From Oopsacas minuta (taxonomy: Eukaryota; Animalia; Porifera): DNA of 64,000 nucleotides. The DNA lies in contig JAKMXF010000034.1 in NCBI GenBank assembly GCA_024704765.1, forward strand, positions 5,257 to 69,256, read 5' to 3'. The translations under genes were made by a program, and so were the position numbers. This document shows positions 23,301 to 30,375 of this stretch, piece by piece. Below the pieces are notes generated by a model. It was not told the origin of the DNA. It did no database searches and saw only the letters and a list, made by a program, of their open reading frames with translations. Numbering within the stretch: position 1 is the stretch's first letter; the number at the start of each line of letters is the position of its first letter.

Positions 23301-24770
23301 TAATCCGACACTAGTTGGCACATGGAAATCGTGTCGGATTATGCAGGTTCACTCAATACAATGGTCCATTGCATTGTATTAACATCAGCCTGTTCTACCA
23401 GCAAGCAGGATTTTGGCTTAATTAATGAAATATCTGGATTAATTCGCTCGAATTTATCCTGAAGCAACACCAAAGAAGGTGAATATTCAAAAGTTCCAAC
23501 AGCTTTTTCAATCTATATTACCGCAATAATATACAATACACTAAACCCTACGCTTAATAGAGCCAACACCTTTATTCCGTTTAATCGAGTCAAAATGGCC
23601 TGGTCCCGATGTGACACTATTAAGCGGAGTCTACTGTATTACGAAAATTTCACTGCGGTACCTCAGTGTACGTATAACGAATGCATGGATATAGCCTTGA
23701 TCTTGCTAAGGTCCACTGAAGATTAGTGTACTGATCTCTGAATAGGATAGATATACGTATTTAATTATTGTTGGTTTAGATTTTCTAGTCACACAGACAA
23801 TTTCGGTTTACTACCTCTCTATCCTCCTGTCCCTGAGAGATATTGGACATGGCACAGATGTCACAATCATTATCACTCTATGGAAGTTTTCGTTTCCTAT
23901 CATTTGTTAGATACAGATGGTAACAGAGTTGCAGAGGGACATAAAGCTAGCTTCTGTTTAGAAGACAGTTCCTGTGTTAACTCAGAAGATCGTTATTTCT
24001 ACTGTGATGAAGAGCAAGGCATTTCTGTTAATTGCGGAGATCATTATGGAGCTGAGTTAGATTGTCAGTGGATTGACATAACAACTGTACCACCTGGTAA
24101 CTATAAAGTCGAAGTGAGTGAATTCGCGGCAACCCTGCCAAGCCCGTTTCAGTGAAATTAAGTTAGTAAGGCCATTGACGCACCGCTTCCAACTGCCATG
24201 CGTACTACTTTTAGGGGACTCGCTTATCAATTAAAAATTGACATACTGACCCTTATTAGCAATTTCGTAGTTTGTACTGATTGCCAGTCAACTCGTCCCT
24301 TGTCAACTCAACATCAAGGGGCGTAACTCCTCTGATCAACAGCTGGAGGCGCGTGTAGGACTAGTACAAGAAAACTCTGGGTCCACTGTTATGACAGAAA
24401 TTGCCCTCTATATTATTATTTAATATTTAATCATGGATGCTGGATATCGAGTTGACCAAAATTAACACAATTATTGCCCAAAATAGCTACGAGTTAACTA
24501 AAAGTAATAGGTGCGAGTTGACTGGCTCCCATTGTAGTTGATACTTATGCTCCCGTGATGTATGAATGTACCAAAGTTTGTGAGAGCAGAGAGTCACATA
24601 GCCCTGTATTAGTTACCTATGAATATATCATATAGGTAACAGTAAACCCTGTGAAGAGCATCATGGAAAGTAACTACGAGAACAATGTTCTCTCTTGTAT
24701 GATAGAACTTGATGAAGATGGTTTCTATACAACGGATAACTGCCTACACTCAGGTAAATTATATAGCTAG
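2706..24770 (+). CDS. LOXL2: Lysyl oxidase-like protein (LOXL2/3/4 architecture: signal peptide, 4 SRCR domains, LOX catalytic domain); 8 exons, 737 aa
   Basis: Exons 2706-3153, 3252-3658, 4129-4473, 5541-5694, 6868-7050, 22906-23113, 23780-24113, 24636-24770. All junctions are GT-AG and phase-compatible (sum 2214 nt = 738 codons). Junctions rebuild family motifs: CRELG|LGFG (cf. LOXL2 CRQLGLGF), VIACAD|KVPDLVP and KLLR|FSS. The symbol denotes the family, not proven orthology. Confidence 0.8.
3753..3926. mobile_element. Short non-autonomous DNA transposon (MITE, TACAG...TGTA termini) in LOXL intron 2
   Basis: Imperfect terminal inverted repeats tacagaggaacttcgtta / taacgaggctagtgta; no coding capacity. 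Confidence 0.45.
9543..10922 (+). CDS. Major facilitator superfamily transporter (SLC18B1-like), intronless, nested in LOXL intron 5
   Basis: About 12 hydrophobic segments; MFS-type motifs GLSHTEVGIIMG, YLMGPPVGSILYDKIGF and GESFGPIVGG. First ATG is at 9543. Confidence 0.8.
   Translation: MTRKQIDQIFDKTVIISTKLTKAVFTITCLCLLTLIYMGVMLHYVSYPFIAKSKGLSHTEVGIIMGVFPFVNILTFPISGVLTNKMNVQLTFAISSLVQCILFSLFAFVPSMERIPFEIYSFLFPIIFSFPVSFFYNSTYALLQQVFPRHATLILTIQYVFFSSAYLMGPPVGSILYDKIGFMNMFLDFSAAGILLSFVAILILYFSPINTKIKKKIEKPESFLIFRILSTPSISLNLLFTFLSASYYFYFLPVIGPYLASRYGVSIVTVGLLFMVAEVSHLVIALPLGYVLNRSSNPPYYFIIMSGIIIHAIGIFLYAPSSILFSLSGNFLPICFVGSSCIGIGFALAYVPTMSVSLNRGQNTFPSCPTSTNTIISGLMTGTYSIGESFGPIVGGIISEFIRLDVTTFYLSLSLASVSILAFIAMFFNREHELLFNLIRKQFSYIVKSEDAETLRLIK
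11262..11331 (-). pseudogene. tRNA-derived element (tRNA pseudogene or SINE head)
   Basis: Minus strand has A-box-like TGGCGTAGTTGTTA and B-box GGGTTCGAATCCCAC, a tRNA-Leu-like 3' end CCCCTGCC and a T-run downstream. The acceptor stem does not pair, so it is not called a functional tRNA. Confidence 0.45.
11722..12792 (+). CDS. Heparan sulfate glucosamine 3-O-sulfotransferase-like type II membrane protein, intronless
   Basis: N-terminal TM segment; 5'-PSB loop IIGFGKAGTRALL; EKSPSY; 3'-PB KLIVLMRDPLERAVSEY; KGFFC..CLGKSKGRIHP. Confidence 0.88.
   Translation: MLTRFIFNSRNKWCYIGVAILVIFCIFIYIIPSGNGKVKNYEVDIFDLFNREPNQLANLNITCRDSPLDKYNCYSLSTSRLANRFPRILIIGFGKAGTRALLNFLHLHPSITGPPVEVNYFDKYYDKESLQSYLETFPPINENISNIEKSPSYIISPGTPYRLSSVISALDIPKESIKLIVLMRDPLERAVSEYLEWVIQRTREFQSLSSFDEMVFNSETLPKFITTSEYDIHVSSWLKYFPLEQFCFVDGDLFIEDPFPVLQELEICLGIKAHYKRTDFVFDHGKGFFCVNDENSIQCLGKSKGRIHPEIEEETRKYLRKHFKSHNLRLEKLIHKEFTWARKDKNILKRFLSKVF
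13025..13110. repeat. Dispersed repeat, with an inverted copy at ~63175-63260
   Basis: aaatttgggaagggcggggatgagaaacaagtatatt and upstream sequence match the reverse complement of the 63.2 kb region. Confidence 0.6.
13622..14467 (+). CDS. NHL-repeat beta-propeller protein, intronless
   Basis: FGKRG..PVGIALN..LFVCD..IQVY, PCGITM..LYVTD, FPRSVTCDSKGDVYVTDCGNLRIVVY; no RING or B-box domain. Confidence 0.8.
   Translation: MYHITRMESLVKKGKLLFSEKNEPEFQFGKRGTEFDMITLPVGIALNSKETVLFVCDILSQKIQVYTIDGYFMTSFGTDHLKKPCGITMYGNRLYVTDVRAHSLLMFGNYGVKATGKCGIRIGELQFPRSVTCDSKGDVYVTDCGNLRIVVYSGELELKRIIASGQTWTPIDSRIFHKEIIVLSQHAPFIRCINLVDNSERNIYEVDKNVKNPCFFCVDKFGNFVINDAGSKRIVITNPRGELLKIIDEGSSGSFMFGTQITSYNKIIVALCAGRKTISVI
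14877..15938 (+). repeat. Interspersed repeat family: direct copies at ~14877-15040 and ~15731-15938 bracket the Rab gene; a third copy lies at ~20895-21085
   Basis: Shared text ttttggtgattaatcat..ttttcacacctttctatgt..ggggtaattggg..gtccga..gattttcaga..catatgatt..ttttcacac. Confidence 0.65.
15133..15726 (+). CDS. Divergent Rab-family small GTPase, intronless
   Basis: P-loop GDCGVGKT, G3 WDTQGQERY, G4 NKCD, G5 ETSAK and C-terminal CXC prenylation motif (CLC). Switch I is aberrant. Confidence 0.85.
   Translation: MYRHAFKCILIGDCGVGKTSLRDVFLSKEYRSYHFCSEHFFSKELRIDNENIKLQIWDTQGQERYLLLPQVYYWGVDAVMLTYDITNFQSFDNLREKWNKDVCSKYTQCILVGNKCDLEVKRAVDSTTAMEFAESLKIPFIETSAKWSINVEQAFVLMAAMIMKKLPENESDTFDFNNIMLNSDSRDTNNIYARCLC
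16118..19877 (-). CDS. RPAP1: RNA polymerase II-associated protein 1; intronless, interrupted by a 1-nt frameshift at ~19305
   Basis: Two abutting ORFs (19305-19877 and 16118-19294) join into the RPAP1 N motif IHSENI.RLKQMTKEEILEEQEKLRASLDPNLLNFL. Also present: GKKKSLFA, RFNFEG..GLFHHGD..PGYTLEEL..S.FQSQ and the C-terminal FTSVSFGD motif. Confidence 0.85.
20360..20395. repeat. (TTG)12 microsatellite
   Basis: Perfect trinucleotide run. Confidence 0.95.
20551..20716 (-). pseudogene. Duplicated fragment of the RPAP1 5' end
   Basis: Near-identical to ~19738-19905 (ATG region plus upstream bases). Reads MEMFGMKRPSNRDTEEDLLTF then TAA. Confidence 0.8.
21310..21451. mobile_element. MITE with TACAGTGGAA / TTCCATTGTA termini (pogo/Tc1-type); related elements at ~22307-22387, ~23290-23637 and ~33460-34090
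   Basis: Terminal inverted repeats tacagtggaacccg / cgagtttccattgta, each ending in TA. Confidence 0.6.
21640..22200 (-). CDS. FAIM: Fas apoptotic inhibitory molecule, intronless
   Basis: ARWNLLLADNMHVVELVHGTISGKRVITVNGKEIYRKNWM..LVG..EFKIG and YTLYVNGKPL..F match the FAIM1 family. Confidence 0.88.
   Translation of the reverse strand: MAQLSSVVKETPSARWNLLLADNMHVVELVHGTISGKRVITVNGKEIYRKNWMIALVGFQEFKIGEKKIILSIEPNGMNFEYTLYVNGKPLDKFVQSMKKSLIVWTPELGKVKHRVTLDKITLEIYVDGILLDVESEFSDEGTEVYFSIGDEPVLLKTYSSGVSRKGLIYELFVGEDGISIPIQHE
22482..22710. mobile_element. GATC-rich MITE with TAGGG(T)ATTAGT termini
   Basis: Ends tagggtattagt / actaatcccta; ccagtgg occurs on both flanks (imperfect target duplication); about 14 GATC sites inside. 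Confidence 0.55.
22906..24770 (+). CDS. Lysyl oxidase catalytic-domain exons 6-8 of the LOXL gene (3' half)
   Basis: PDLVP..LACAIEDKCLASSA..LLRFSS; copper site WTWHRCHNHYH; GHKASFCLED (LTQ lysine); CGDHY..DCQWIDIT (LTQ tyrosine); VTVNP..ESNYENNV. Confidence 0.93.
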
Positions 24771-25089
24771 AACAAGTAAACTTATAATACGACATCCTCG
24801 CCCCGTATTTATCGCTGAATTAGATCGATCTAGATAATAGTGAAGTCTGTGAACTAGTGACAGTAATATTCATGTGGTAGCCATTTATAGCGAGCTGAAA
24901 TAAGTTTCTAAATGACCTATGAGGCTATGACAGAATTGTAGCAAAACTATCTCAAATAATGCTTAATCAGTTACTATACAACCACTTGGCTTAAATTCCT
25001 CGTGATTATCAAAATCTAGGTAGATATAGCTATGATAAAGTGTATGTGATAATCAGCTGTAATCAGATAGAATAGAATAGAGTAGAAAT

Positions 25090-26115
25090 TCACATTTCTA
25101 AGTCAGAATCCATTACGTCTTGTTCTTGGTCACTTTCTTGCGAAATTTCTCCCTCGTTGGTGTCTTCATTCAAGAGAATATACTCACGACTACTAAAGCC
25201 GAATCTCAACATGTCAGTAGCTCTCAATTCGATGTATCTTTGTGGTTCTATCCTTTTATTATTCACGTATGTTCCGTTTGTAGAATTGAGATCGATTATA
25301 TACAGAATTATTTGTTTACACTTTACTCCGTCAGTTGTCTCAGTATCGACTAGTCTGTACTGTAGAACTGCGTGTTGTTTTGAACATGAAGGGTGATGGA
25401 CAGGGAAGTCAGTGATAGCTCTATCTCTGCCAACAAGATACGCACTCTGTCTGTGAATGTATAGAGTTGGGAGGGATTCGTCACCCTTGAATGGGTACAA
25501 TCTCCATCTCTTCTTTGGCATCCTTGCTTCTGGAGGCTCCGTATACTTAATTACAACTCCCTTGTATGTGTTTGTATCTTCTGCTAATTTACCTGAGAGG
25601 GCGAAGTTTGGTTTTTTAGTTTCCTCTTTTTTCGCGATCTTTTTCTCATCACCATTACTCCAGTCCCAGTTCTCAGTACGTTTTCCATCTGATCTTGATC
25701 CATTCCTTTCCAATTCCTGTTTGGGACTTGTAGAGACGAAACTTTCCTTATAGCGGTGTCTCGAACTGCTAGGTGAGTATATGTTACTCCGTCTAGATTT
25801 CTCAGATCTGCCATTGTTCCTCTCCCGTCTGGGTGGGGATCGAGAGCGACTCCTGTCTCTGTCTCTCCTTTCGTGGGTCTTCCCTTCCTCCCCTCTGAAT
25901 CGAGATGTCTCTCCTCTGTATGTTTGTGACCGTGGGCCTACGTCATGTTTGTCCTGTTCTGTTCTAACTGGCGACCTAATTTGTCTAATTTCCTCGACAC
26001 TCTTGGAACTCTCGCGATTTTGTCGAGCTGACGAAAGTCGCGAAGAGATCCGGTCATACAGTTTATGTTCTACCTCATCAAATCGAGGTTTACTACGAAT
26101 CGAGCTATGAGTCAT
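25090..26115 (-). CDS. SNIP1: Smad nuclear-interacting protein 1 (FHA domain, RES complex), intronless
   Basis: R/S-rich N-terminus, then KPNFALSGKLAEDTNT..KYTEPPEAR.P..RWRLYPFKG..GRDR..HPSCSKQHAVLQYR..DLNSTNGTYVN. Confidence 0.93.
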   Translation of the reverse strand: MTHSSIRSKPRFDEVEHKLYDRISSRLSSARQNRESSKSVEEIRQIRSPVRTEQDKHDVGPRSQTYRGETSRFRGEEGKTHERRDRDRSRSRSPPRRERNNGRSEKSRRSNIYSPSSSRHRYKESFVSTSPKQELERNGSRSDGKRTENWDWSNGDEKKIAKKEETKKPNFALSGKLAEDTNTYKGVVIKYTEPPEARMPKKRWRLYPFKGDESLPTLYIHRQSAYLVGRDRAITDFPVHHPSCSKQHAVLQYRLVDTETTDGVKCKQIILYIIDLNSTNGTYVNNKRIEPQRYIELRATDMLRFGFSSREYILLNEDTNEGEISQESDQEQDVMDSDLEM

Positions 26116-26309
26116 AGATAGGAAAAAGGTTAGTCAAATGTTGGAATCGAAAAACGTAAAATAGAAACTCGAAGCAGAGACTGTAATGCAACAATAGAGT
26201 TATATATGGTTTTATTAGAATTGCTATAATAGCCTATCTCCATAGAAGCTGTATATGCAGCTTTTTGAAATCTTCTGTGGTTTGTACTGAAAGAACCAAT
26301 TCATAATTT

Positions 26310-26720
26310 TTGCAGAGCTTTATTCTGATTTGTAACAAAATTAGTTCATTGATACTTATCTTATCTAAAAGGAAGTATATATACGTAATATTATTTTCAT
26401 TACGTCATATTTCTTTACAAATATCTGGTAATATAATAAGTAATATAATTCGAGGGAGAGATTTGAGTACAAGGTCTAAATATTGCTTCAGTCTAGCTAT
26501 TTGTTTCGACATATTTGTAATGGACTAAAGTTATTCTCCTGATTACTGAGTGTTGTCTCAGGGTATCTCAATGCGTTTATTCATGTATCTGTCTATTTGC
26601 TTATATTGTTTGTGTGTCCGTGTTTACAATTCGTCGCAAAAGTTTGCAAAAAAGGCATTTAGTTATGCTTTCTCAATTTCTTGATTACTATAGCACTTAT
26701 TTGCGTTTTAACTTTTCTAT
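26310..26720 (+). pseudogene. Possible decayed ELOVL-type fatty-acid elongase
   Basis: Motif remnants appear in family order across frames with stops: F*FVTKL, FIDTYLI*K, YLNAFIHVSVY (cf. NSFVHVxMY), KRHLVMLSQF (cf. KKYLTxxQxxQF). Confidence 0.35.
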
Positions 26721-28133
26721 ACATGTATGACATTGTACAAGCTGTTTATACTCACATGTATTGAGATTGGATCTTCCCCCAATAACATAAGACATAGGAT
26801 TATCCTATAACTGACTACCTCAATACGTTTTCATATAACACAGAAATCTTAATTTCGCATGTACGAACTTGCCCCAGCCAAGTATAAAGCTCTTCAGTTT
26901 CAACTCAATTAGTGGATACACTGCAATTAAACTCATAACTATTGTCCAATATTGATATATTTATTGTATTTTGGCAGAACTTTTGTCTGTTGTCTTTAAA
27001 TTAAGGAACCTAACCCCCACTATTCTTATTAAACTATAGTCTTTCCGTTCGCGTTCGACAATCCTTCATTCAGAATTTTTAGGAACGTAACCCCGCGAAC
27101 GCTTGTATCTGATTATTTACTCAGTATTTATTGTATTGTTATATTTAGCTCACATTCTTGAAGGAAAACAAGAAAAAGTGGAATTGTAATACAATAATAA
27201 TTATTTATGTACAATGTCATTGACAAATTCTATTTATAGTATTCATTTCTCAGTTTTATACTATTCTGTTAGTGTTTATTATTAATTATCATACATTTTG
27301 AGTTATATTTTTGTACATTAAAATGCATTATAGTAGATGGGTAATTTACAGTCAGCACTTGAATTCATCATGTTGCACTATACTGAATATGATGAAAAGT
27401 TGCCAGGTGTGGACAATATTAGTTGAATCAGGTCCGGGTTTTCGGGTCGGGTTCTGTTAAGTGAACTCTACTCCAAATCTGTGGACAATTGACAATATAT
27501 TCTTTCTATTTTCTGCCAGAATTCTGAATTATACATTCATTGAACTACCCAGGCTTGCACTGGTTTAGTTATTTCAATTTTGACAACTGATTTATACTAA
27601 TTTCGGGGTGCCGATGGCGATTTTGAAGTCCAAAATTGGAAATATTGAATTCAGTATACGTGTGTGATCATTAATATATTGGGTGGATTTTTGAACTATA
27701 ATGTTATGGGTCTCAATAAAAAGCGAAATGAGCTCTGTGTAAGAAAAACTGACCATTTTATCATGGAAATAGGACATAACAACAACAACAAAACAATCTC
27801 AAAAAATATTATTTATGGCGTGCAAAATGAATAATTTTACGAATACAGAGCCGATTCTGTTTCTAATTAACCACAAATGCTTTGTAGTTATAAATACATT
27901 AAAATTGTTGTCATACTTTAGAAGTAGTTTTCAAAATTGGAAATTTTACAATTTTGTAATTAGAAAAACATAGAATTGTGAGGTGATGGCGGAAAATAGA
28001 CTTCAAATTCGGAATCAGCAGGTCTGAAAGCCTATAAAATGTTTGATATAATACAAACAACAACGAAAAGTTAAAAATTGTAGATTCTTCTATTCACACT
28101 ATCAATCATTTATATACATGAATAGCGTTAATA

Positions 28134-28958
28134 ATGACATCATTTGATACAGATAGAGGATGTGAGCTGTTAGTAGATTATACAGAGAGAATAAGACCTG
28201 TTATGAACATACAAGGGTCGTACACTAAGAACCAATCCAGTATAGCAGTAGACAATACAACTGATAATATCTATATTGCAGATATATATGTCTACCAAGT
28301 GAGAGTATTCGATAAAGATGGCGAATTTCTATTTAAGTTTAGCGATAGAAACGGATTATATAAGATGAATTATCCCAATCGAATAGCAATTTCTAAAGAG
28401 TTTGTATTAGTAAATCAATATACTAGTAGATATGAGTGGATTCTAGCTTTTGATTTAAATGGGAATTTTATTACAAGAATTGGAAAACCAAAAGAAGACG
28501 CAAGGACATACGGTATTGCTATCAATGATATTTATGGAGATATCTATGTATGTGATCTTTTTAACGATAGAGTACAGATATATTTAGATGAATATCCTTT
28601 TTTATCTGAGATTAAAATTTCAAACCCATACGGGATATTATGCGACAAGGATAATATATTCATAACGTCTACTCAAAAACCTTCTCTTCATGTTTTTAAG
28701 TACGACTTGACTCCGGTCCAGGACGATTACTACGATTTATTCAGCGAGCTATTCATAAAACTTAATGATTTTGTGATAGATAGAGCTGGTAATATTATTG
28801 CCACTAATCTTGAATCCAACTGTATTTCCATACTTAATAGAAGAGGTCATATCATTCACAAGATAACGGAGGATATATCTATCCCAATTGCATTAGCATT
28901 AGATTCAAAAGGAAGGATTATTGTTGTTGATTTTCGAAAACATATTTTGATATTCTGA
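28134..28958 (+). CDS. NHL-repeat protein, intronless
   Basis: SIAVDNTTDNIYIAD..VRVFDKDGEFLFKF, YGIAIND..DIYVCDLFNDRVQI, PIALALDSKGRIIV. Confidence 0.82.
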   Translation: MTSFDTDRGCELLVDYTERIRPVMNIQGSYTKNQSSIAVDNTTDNIYIADIYVYQVRVFDKDGEFLFKFSDRNGLYKMNYPNRIAISKEFVLVNQYTSRYEWILAFDLNGNFITRIGKPKEDARTYGIAINDIYGDIYVCDLFNDRVQIYLDEYPFLSEIKISNPYGILCDKDNIFITSTQKPSLHVFKYDLTPVQDDYYDLFSELFIKLNDFVIDRAGNIIATNLESNCISILNRRGHIIHKITEDISIPIALALDSKGRIIVVDFRKHILIF

Positions 28959-30375
28959 TTTCATTAAATTGCTATTTATATATTTATTTGTATTTATTTG
29001 TATTTATAAATTGCTTATTTATGGGAGTTTGAAACCGCACAGACTAAATACCAACATTCATGAATTTCCTTAGCGAATCCTCATACGAATACTGATATAT
29101 TCGGTATTGATTAGACGAATACTGAATATTGATCAGTTGTAACCTTGAATATTTATATGAAATTATTTGAAACTTTTGAGTTTTCAATTTAATATTCTGA
29201 CAGTATTCCCTACATTAACTTATTTCAGATCCTCAAGATGAATATTTATTTTCTTTCAATAGTACAGATGAGATTGTCATTCAGCATTTAGTCGCATTAA
29301 TTAACACACAGATATTCAAATTACGTAGAAATACATCTGTCGGTTGCAGTGTGCTTGGATGAAAGCTAATATGAACGATTACAGCTGTGAAGAGGTATTA
29401 TTTTCTACGATTCAACGAAACTACAATACCTTATTTTCTTGTCCATCGATTACAAATATTCAATTATACGAATTTATGCCAATTGTAGAACATACAATGA
29501 ATAACTTTTTCACAATTACTGCTACATTTCCAATAATTACCTCTTATGATATTCTCGTTATTTCCTAACCAATAGGCATGTTTACTTATTTACATAAGTT
29601 TAGGATGTCCAATAAATAATGATAATTGTGTGTAACAGTTGGTGAATCTTAAGAACAGCTGATATTTGGTTTGTAAACAATATTATATAATAGAATTTGT
29701 TAGTACGTATTTTAATTTGTGGACTAAAACATAATTAGCTTGAATATTACAAAGCAGATAGAAATTACCAAGTTTGTAATTTATCAAATAGAATATTTCT
29801 ATAAATACTTGATGTTTAACTTTTTTGACATTTCAATCTCTTAACATTAATTAAACCATAGAAGACTCGACACGCGCACGATTTCCCTAAAGGTCATTCA
29901 GATTCAAGTTTGGATTTGTATACGGTATGCAATAAATTAGTAATGATGATTTACCTGAGGCATGTTGGGTAAATGTAGATGTCCTAGTCTCCTTGCTACT
30001 GGTCTCCTGGTGGACTTTCACTGTGCTCATGACACTCTAATTTATCCATTTTCCTTAGCAAAATTGTGCGGTTAGAGTTTTTGGAACTATATCCACACCA
30101 GAGGTACGTAGCGTACAATATCCATGGATATCACCAAGACGTCGATATTTTGGAGTAGAACATAGAGATAAATGAGCTGGTTATATTCTGTGCGGCTATA
30201 AAATGAATATTTTGTGCCTTGTTGTTATAGCTATGCAGAAATGTTATGGAGGTAGTCGAATGGAGACGAATTAAGTTTTCAAACTCCAGTGACCTGATAT
30301 GTAAATAATACTTATCACAATATACATCTATAACTATTGATTAATTTCACTGTTAGCCAACTTTCTAATTGATAA

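Noticed and set aside
25120-26110. Plus-strand ORFs antisense to SNIP1, and similar shadow ORFs over RPAP1, FAIM, NHL, gene A and the RPTP
   Set aside because: These are shadows of real coding sequence on the other strand or frame, with no independent motifs.
29880-30300. GC-richer stretch upstream of the FERM-PTP with a donor-like site on the minus strand
   Set aside because: All frames close quickly and show no motif; it may be UTR or repeat.
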